Positions 59,401 through 64,000 of a stretch of DNA of 64,000 nt are shown piece after piece; position 1 is the stretch's first letter, and each line of letters opens with the position of its first letter. The stretch is from Eledone cirrhosa (Eukaryota): positions 23,932,001-23,996,000 of the forward strand of contig OZ024750.1 in assembly GCA_964016885.1 (NCBI GenBank), given 5' to 3'. The position numbers and the translations under genes are program-made. The notes beneath the pieces were generated by a model. The model saw only the letters and a program-made list of their open reading frames with translations, searched no databases and was not told where the DNA came from.

Positions 59401-62400
59401 CCTTGAGATGGCTGGTAGAGTGGTATTCTTATGACATGTTGAAACTGTTATATGTGATGATGGATTGGTGTTGTCCTCACTATTTTCCTGATCCCATCTC
59501 GTCTGCTTATGTTGACAGCTTTCCTCAGGCAGCACATTTTTGCAAAAAGAATTTAACTAATTTAAAATTATTTTTATTGGCTTCCAAGAGAAATGGAGAA
59601 ATGTCTCTAAGTGTTCAATACCAATATATATCTACATCATATTCTAATGTCACTGAAAGTGGCTCTGAAAATTATACTGTATATACATGTGTAAAAAGTC
59701 ATTTTGCCCCCAAAATTTGGATTTTTCTATGTAGCTCATGTATAAATCAACCCTAGTTCTTCACCGACAACAGACAAGCTTTTGTGAATCAAGATATCCT
59801 GAACATGAGTTATGATGAGGGAATTTATTTTACTCTGCTATTACATTCTGCTGTGTGCAAGTTGAAATATTTATAAGAGCTACATGCTTTGGTAGTCTTG
59901 ATCAGTGTTATATCTGTAGTTCCTAGTTTTATTTTCATTTATCTAGAAACTATTTTGGGCTCCTATTTATAAATACAATATTTTGGATTGTAGTTAAACA
60001 AATGTATTAGTCAACTTCATAAATTTAACCTTAAAAACATTATAATCGAAACAATTCAACTTTCACATGAGTATATACAGTACATGAACATTTTAATTAG
60101 CATATAAACCTGGTAAATTACATTCCAGTGACATCATTTCTGTAATTCTTCTTAGTGCAGTGGTTCCCAACCTTTTTACTACTAACAACTTCTTTTAAAT
60201 GAATTATCCTATGGAAAGATTTCAATTCTATCTTTCAATTAAAAGATATGTAACTGAATATTCAGTTAATAAGTAATAATATTTTTTTTTAAATTACTTA
60301 ATGAGATGCTTTATACTGTTATGTTGATATTATGTTCCAAATTTCAGGTTCAATGGCAGAGTTTTAAACAGATCAGCTTTTAAAAAGCATTTGAAAATAT
60401 GAAACTGTTTTTGTAGATATGGAAATGTTTAAAGTTTATTTACATCAGCTTTAGTGTGATTATTTATACATCATAGTTATGACATAGTTATGACAAACTC
60501 TTTAGTATTGGTACCACAATAAGATGCTCCCATTACACTCTGTAAATTGGTAGTAATGTTGCCACAGTAAAATGCACCCAATACACTGTTATTCAGTGTT
60601 ATAAAGAGAATGCAGCCATAGAAACCTTAACAAAATTTGGAATGTATGAATATGATGTAGTCCCCCACCTGACTAGGAAGGTAATAACTGTAAATAAGAA
60701 CTGAATCTGACTATGCCAGGGAAATTGAAAGTTGACGAAGATGATTTATATTGCACCCTCTTGGAATGTTGAACTTAACCTACAGGGTCCCCAGGGGTTT
60801 GTGGGTTATAGTTTGGAACCACTGCTATTATAGTAACATGTTTGCTTGGGCATTATCTTTCTTCCTTATATATTCCATATATATTTTAATGATTGTAGTA
60901 GGTGATATTTTGTAATGGCAATGCAGCATGGCTGAATGGTTAAGAAGTTCACTTTGCACTCATTAGGGTCGGGTTTTGATTCAACTGCATGACAAATGGC
61001 ACTTACTATAACCTTGGGTTGACATTGGGTAGATGGAAACTGTTGTATGTCCATCAGGTGGGCTGTACCTAAAATTCAAAAGATGAAACTATCTTCACAC
61101 TGTTTCACACCGAATGTCTGAGAATTGCCTTAATGGTATACTTGTCTGTGGAATGCTCAGCCACTAACACATGAATATCATGAGTAGGCTGTTCCATTGA
61201 TTGAACAACTGAAACTGTCACCAAAACCAACGGAGGTCCATTCTATTCTATTTTATAATGTCAATGTTAGCTAGGTGAGTAGTTCATGTGTAAACTATTG
61301 ATTTTGCAGAGAACGTGAAGAAGAAGAAGAAACAACTTTTGAACAAGTGCGTAAGGCACAGGCTCAGCATGAAGAAAATGTTAGAATTCAGGAGCTGGAA
61401 ATGAATCGAATGCATGCTCAGAAAGAAAGAGAACGATTAAAAGAACAGGAGAGGCGACGACGAGAAGCGGTAAAATTATTTTGGTTTATTATTTCTAGCT
61501 TTTTTTAATTTGCTTTCTTTTACTGGCTTTAGTTGTTAGACTGCAGTAATTCTGGGACACAACCTTGAAAAGATTTAGTTGATCATATTGACCTCTGTAT
61601 TTATTCAAGTCTAATACTTATTGTATCAATCTCCTTTTGCCAAACTTCAAAGTCTCAAGACATAAACAAACATGTGTATGTGTATATATATGTATATACA
61701 ACAGACACTTCCAGTTTCTATTTATTAAATTTCTTTTTCAAAACATTGGTCAACCTGAGACTAATAGAAGACACTTGCTCGTGGTGCCATTCAGTGGGAC
61801 TGAAGCCAAAATCACATGCCCTGTACATATTTTTTAAAAAGCAATTAGATTATCCCTTAGAAGCTTCAAAAACTTCAAATTTAATATTGTTTTATATATA
61901 ATTTTTGTTTAACCATTTTCATACCAAACCTCCTACCAACCCTGATTCTACAATACAAATCAGTTTATTTAAAATTTTTGGCAGTTGTTAGAATGTCGGA
62001 TAAAAAACTTTTGCAGTATTTGTTCTGGCTCTTTGCTCTCAAATTCTGCCGAGGTCAACTTTGCCTTTCAGCCATTCAAGGTCGATAAAATAAAAAGTAC
62101 CCGTCTAGTACTGGGGATGATTCTTCCTCTTTCTCTCCTCTGGAAGAAATCTGCTGTGTTCAGACCTGGAGAGGGATGGGCTCTATCAACCTTAAATGCC
62201 CAAGAACCAAGAAGGCTGTATGCCTCTACAGCACCTTTGACTCCCTCATGAATTATGGGACCATACAATATACAATAACTTTCCATCATAACTTTATTTA
62301 AAAACCTTTACATTATGTTCCAAACACCTGTATATACTTGAATATAAGCCAACTTGCTATTTTATGTTTGGAAATAAGCAAAAAATTCAAACCCCATTTA

Positions 62401-63115
62401 TAAGCTAAGGCAGCTAATTAACACGTTTAGACGATGTGGTTTTGAAAGTCTCAAGTGGACAATACATTTATGAAGTTTTAATAACTTGATAATTAAACTG
62501 TTTTAAGTGTCATCTAGAATATTGTTTTTGTTTCACAACTCCATTATGTAAATTTTTTTTTTTTAACCAATTTCCAACTGTTTCAAGGCCATATTTATTC
62601 AAAACATATCAAAATCAATAGGAAGTTATGTAGACTTTTGAAGTTGGTAAAAATTGGCCTAATAATTAAATAAATAAATAAAATAAAATAATATATATAT
62701 ATATTGTTGATTTTTGTTCCTCACATATGTCTTGTCTTTAGCTTATATATGAATATATACAGTAGTTATATTAGCAAAGGCATTAAGAAGAGCATCCAAC
62801 ATATGAGGAAGACATAGTCCCCTAATTTGTCTAACCTCAGACCTTGGGAACCAGGTCAGTATCAATACTGACATAAAATGATGATGATGATTACTTGTAT
62901 AATTAAATCCCCAATTCTTGATTATTTAAAATATATAGGCAGTGTCTTTCATTAGAAATATGTAAGCAAAAGTGTGAAAATAATAGAAAATAATCAAAAA
63001 TAAAAACCATTTTAGGCTGAATTTAACCTTTCTTTTCTTCCTATTTCAGACGGCAAACCAGATTGATTTGAATGAACAGAGTGACTTAATGGCATCGTTT
63101 GAAGGCATGCTCTGA
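17031..63115 (+). CDS. BRD4: BET-family bromodomain protein gene (BRD2/3/4, fs(1)h-like), long isoform, 24 coding exons, about 1190 aa
   Basis: GT-AG exons join in frame. They encode BD1 ([14 protein letters not shown]...YNKPGEDIV), motif A ([13 protein letters not shown]), BD2 ([15 protein letters not shown]...), ET ([59 protein letters not shown]), SEED and CTM ([14 protein letters not shown]). The symbol reflects the BRD4-like CTM; it is probably the single invertebrate BET gene. Confidence 0.95.
17354..17903 (-). mobile_element. Non-autonomous Helitron-like element
   Basis: On the minus strand: 5' TC at 17903, 3' CTAG at 17354, a degenerate subterminal palindrome, A^T target site, and GACA repeats near the 5' end. 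Confidence 0.7.
18186..18430 (+). mobile_element. piggyBac-like MITE (family 2)
   Basis: TTAACCCTTTTGTTACC...GGTATCACAAGGG; related decayed copies near 25888, 43276, 49616 and 56436. Confidence 0.55.
20170..20640 (+). mobile_element. Decayed non-LTR RT fragment (RTE-like)
   Basis: [15 protein letters not shown]...ADD motifs; ends in a GTGTGAGCTGTAACAA tail. Confidence 0.7.
21318..21517 (+). mobile_element. piggyBac-like MITE (family 1)
   Basis: TTAA-CCCTTTAGT...ACTAAAGGG-TTAA. Confidence 0.75.
21548..22000 (-). mobile_element. RTE-clade LINE 3' fragment
   Basis: [20 protein letters not shown] and a (GAA)-rich tail on the minus strand. Confidence 0.75.
22151..22315 (+). CDS. BRD4: BET exon, BD1 N-terminal part ([11 protein letters not shown]...[21 protein letters not shown])
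   Basis: Near-identity to BET BD1; tag/gtaagt boundaries. Confidence 0.97.
23276..23422 (+). CDS. BRD4: BET exon, BD1 core ([20 protein letters not shown]...YNKPGE)
   Basis: Bromodomain signature with conserved Asn; tag/gtaaga. Confidence 0.97.
24324..24392 (+). CDS. BRD4: BET exon, BD1 C helix ([23 protein letters not shown])
   Basis: Matches BET BD1 end; cag/gtaagt. Confidence 0.96.
24898..25200 (+). mobile_element. tRNA-derived SINE
   Basis: A-box-like GTGGCATAGTAG and B-box GAGTTCAATTCC. Related copies near 14376(+), 14830(-), 22962(+), 39315(+), 40310(-), 41362(+), 52078(+) and 60925(+). Confidence 0.7.
25428..25775 (+). CDS. BRD4: BET exon, Ala/Pro/Ser-rich linker
   Basis: 348-nt open phase 0-0 exon; tag/gtaata. 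Confidence 0.9.
26251..26451 (+). CDS. BRD4: BET exon, motif A ([13 protein letters not shown]...[16 protein letters not shown])
   Basis: Conserved BET motif A; cag/gtaaat. Confidence 0.95.
28490..29560 (-). mobile_element. Decayed LINE apurinic-endonuclease region with an inserted MITE fragment (29083-29216)
   Basis: [28 protein letters not shown]...NL.AMNTMF and DVRVY motifs. Confidence 0.8.
30602..30697 (+). CDS. BRD4: BET exon, BD2 start ([22 protein letters not shown])
   Basis: BET BD2 helix Z; tag/gtaagt. Confidence 0.96.
31451..31552 (+). CDS. BRD4: BET exon, BD2 ZA loop ([34 protein letters not shown])
   Basis: BD2 signature; tag/gtaggg. Confidence 0.97.
32772..32900 (+). CDS. BRD4: BET exon, BD2 ([43 protein letters not shown])
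   Basis: BD2 helices B/C; cag/gtagag. Confidence 0.96.
33225..33286 (+). ncRNA. Candidate intronic hairpin RNA (pre-miRNA-like or ADAR substrate)
   Basis: 22-bp stem with two G-U pairs (33231-33252 / 33259-33280), 6-nt loop, and 5 more bp after one mismatch. Confidence 0.35.
33760..33954 (+). CDS. BRD4: BET exon, BD2 end, acidic NPS-like region and start of motif B
   Basis: [13 protein letters not shown]...[21 protein letters not shown]; cag/gtaagt. Confidence 0.95.
34894..35296 (+). CDS. BRD4: BET exon, motif B/basic region and start of ET domain
   Basis: Lys-rich tract, then [20 protein letters not shown]; phase 1 donor gtaggt. Confidence 0.95.
35398..35484. repeat. Pure (TA)n microsatellite
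   Basis: Directly visible. Confidence 0.95.
35948..36088 (-). mobile_element. Second tRNA-derived SINE family
   Basis: Minus strand GAGTTCAAATCCCGTCGAGGTTAACTTTGCCTTTCATCC. Copies near 37350(+), 38330(-), 42607(+) and 61978(+). Confidence 0.7.
41042..41215 (+). CDS. BRD4: BET exon, ET domain core
   Basis: [44 protein letters not shown]; cag/gtaagt. Confidence 0.97.
41670..41906. mobile_element. hAT/Charlie-like MITE (decayed)
   Basis: CAGTTGCTTCCAACC...GGTTGGGAACTTCTG termini, similar to the element at 60158. Confidence 0.5.
42132..42251 (+). CDS. BRD4: BET exon after ET ([25 protein letters not shown])
   Basis: Resembles the EKKQELEKRLQDVSGQL motif of BRD2/3; phase 1-1. Confidence 0.93.
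43465..43593 (+). CDS. BRD4: BET exon, SEED region; last shared exon of the short and long isoforms
   Basis: [14 protein letters not shown]...SDSES; gcag acceptor; donor gttaga doubles as GGT-TAG. Confidence 0.93.
44931..44971 (+). terminator. Candidate polyadenylation signal of the short isoform
   Basis: AATAAA at 44931-44936 followed by a U/GU-rich element ttttttgtgtgtgtgttgttt at 44951-44971. Confidence 0.5.
49437..49477 (+). CDS. BRD4: BET long-isoform exon ([14 protein letters not shown])
   Basis: ttgcag/gtaagc; phase 1 to 0 links its neighbours in frame. Confidence 0.8.
50720..50987 (+). CDS. BRD4: BET long-isoform exon, His/Gln/Pro-rich
   Basis: Open frame [15 protein letters not shown]...HHHYQQQQQ; tag/gtaggt. 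Confidence 0.85.
51613..51714 (+). CDS. BRD4: BET long-isoform exon ([28 protein letters not shown])
   Basis: cag/gtaagt, phase 1-1. Confidence 0.85.
53607..53852 (+). CDS. BRD4: BET long-isoform exon, Ser/Pro-rich
   Basis: cag/gtaagt, phase 1-1, open frame. Confidence 0.87.
55526..55585 (+). CDS. BRD4: BET long-isoform 60-nt exon ([19 protein letters not shown])
   Basis: Long pyrimidine tract, tag/gtatga, phase 1-1. Confidence 0.7.
55981..56060 (+). CDS. BRD4: BET long-isoform exon ([26 protein letters not shown])
   Basis: tag/gtatgt, phase 1 to 0 is required for the frame. Confidence 0.82.
56911..57051 (+). CDS. BRD4: BET long-isoform exon ([13 protein letters not shown]...[14 protein letters not shown])
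   Basis: Homologous to the BRD4 KNMGSWASL and FEQFRRAAREKEER segments. Confidence 0.92.
58069..58154 (+). CDS. BRD4: BET long-isoform exon, charged coiled coil
   Basis: [15 protein letters not shown]...; cag/gtgaat, phase 0 to 2. Confidence 0.9.
60158..60824. mobile_element. hAT/Charlie-like MITE with a nested RTE-tail fragment
   Basis: TIRs CAGTGGTTCCCAAC / GTTTGGAACCACTG; no clear target-site duplication. Confidence 0.6.
61310..61469 (+). CDS. BRD4: BET long-isoform exon (...[14 protein letters not shown])
   Basis: Matches BRD4 [13 protein letters not shown]; phase 2 to 0. Confidence 0.93.
63050..63115 (+). CDS. BRD4: BET terminal exon, C-terminal motif ([21 protein letters not shown])
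   Basis: Homologous to the BRD4 P-TEFb-interacting end, IDMNFQSDLLSIFEENLF. Confidence 0.95.
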   Translation, partial: TANQIDLNEQSDLMASFEGML

Positions 63116-63202
63116 GATGAAATATGGCTGTTAGTCATCCAACGACTTTAAAAGTTTGTCTGCTGCTGTTTTCCCGCTACCACTGTCTCCATATACACTG
63201 AG

Positions 63203-63205
<3 letters not shown>

Positions 63206-63260
<55 letters not shown>

Positions 63261-63382
63261 AACACACATACATGTCTATATGTATGTGTGGGTGTGTGTA
63301 TACACACATGTATATACATAAATATATATGTATGTATGTGTGTGTGCATGAGTGTTTGAGTGTGTGTGTGCATGTGTGTGTA
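63206..63382. repeat. (TA)n/(TG)n microsatellite in the 3'UTR of the long isoform
   Basis: Directly visible, about 90 nt after the stop codon. Confidence 0.9.
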
Positions 63383-64000
63383 TGGTATTTAGTGGTGTTA
63401 GTTCTTTGTCATACTGTCTACAACAGCAGCAGCTGACTGCTGCCACTGTTGCCGCTCTCATCATAATCCCTCTTCATTTCAAGTTTGGCTGACTGGCGTC
63501 TTCTTGGACACTTGGCTTGTATTGACCACTCAGGGGGAAAAAAGATAAAAATAAATAATAATAATAATAATAATAATAAAAGCCACTTAGGAAATATGTT
63601 TGTGGCAATGACTGCTATTATCATGGAGATGACACCAATAATGAAAATTTAATCTAAACCAAACAACAAATATTTCCAGTGAAGGACAGCAAAATGCTGC
63701 TTGACAATTCAAATGACCATGGAACACCATTTACTACCAACACTAGAAAATGTTTTGAAACAAGGCTATATATATATACACTACTAATTTTTATTTTTCA
63801 TTTCTATTTAGGTAGGAAGGAAAGCCATATTGCTGTTTCTCTTCATTCTTCATTGTTTGTTGTTTGGTAAATAATTTATTCCAACAATCTACTCTAACCT
63901 TACTACCTACTGCCTAATTTTACAACATAAAACAAAACAAAAAAAAACAACAAAACACTTCAGCTTCTGTGTTTTCATTCCTTGTCTTGTACCAATTGGT

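Noticed and set aside
59454-59491. GTGATGA...CTGA resembling C/D snoRNA boxes
   Set aside because: Spacing is only 38 nt, with no terminal stem and no suitably placed second D box.
63131-63373. Minus-strand ORF ending in GDSGSGKT (P-loop-like)
   Set aside because: The rest of the ORF is microsatellite, and the motif lies antisense in the BET 3'UTR with a stop soon after; chance match.

Overview
AT-rich eukaryotic genomic DNA. The repeat landscape (long TA/TG microsatellites, tRNA-derived SINEs, RTE-type 3' ends) looks like an octopus/coleoid cephalopod genome; this is inference only. The window is dominated by one multi-exon + strand gene for a BET-family double-bromodomain protein (BRD2/3/4, Drosophila fs(1)h orthologue). 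I assembled it by hand from GT-AG exons with consistent phases: ATG at 17031, then BD1, motif A, BD2, motif B, ET and SEED. A dual-use donor/stop at 43594-43598 gives either a short isoform (about 775 aa, ending SDSESG*) or, by splicing on, a long isoform (about 1190 aa) ending in a BRD4-type C-terminal motif at 63115. The first 12 kb are microsatellite plus decayed transposons (CR1/L2-type and RTE LINEs, mariner, piggyBac-like MITEs). Nearly all long ORFs in the supplied track are microsatellite artefacts. Best leads: a sense-strand 62-nt pre-miRNA-like hairpin in a BD2 intron, the short/long isoform switch with its repeat-free 3'UTR-like intron, frame-preserving cassette exons between BD1 and BD2, loss of the BD2 signature His, a uORF-rich leader, and a possible CTM-less terminal exon. 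I see no evidence for a wholly new multi-gene system. All coordinates were read by eye.
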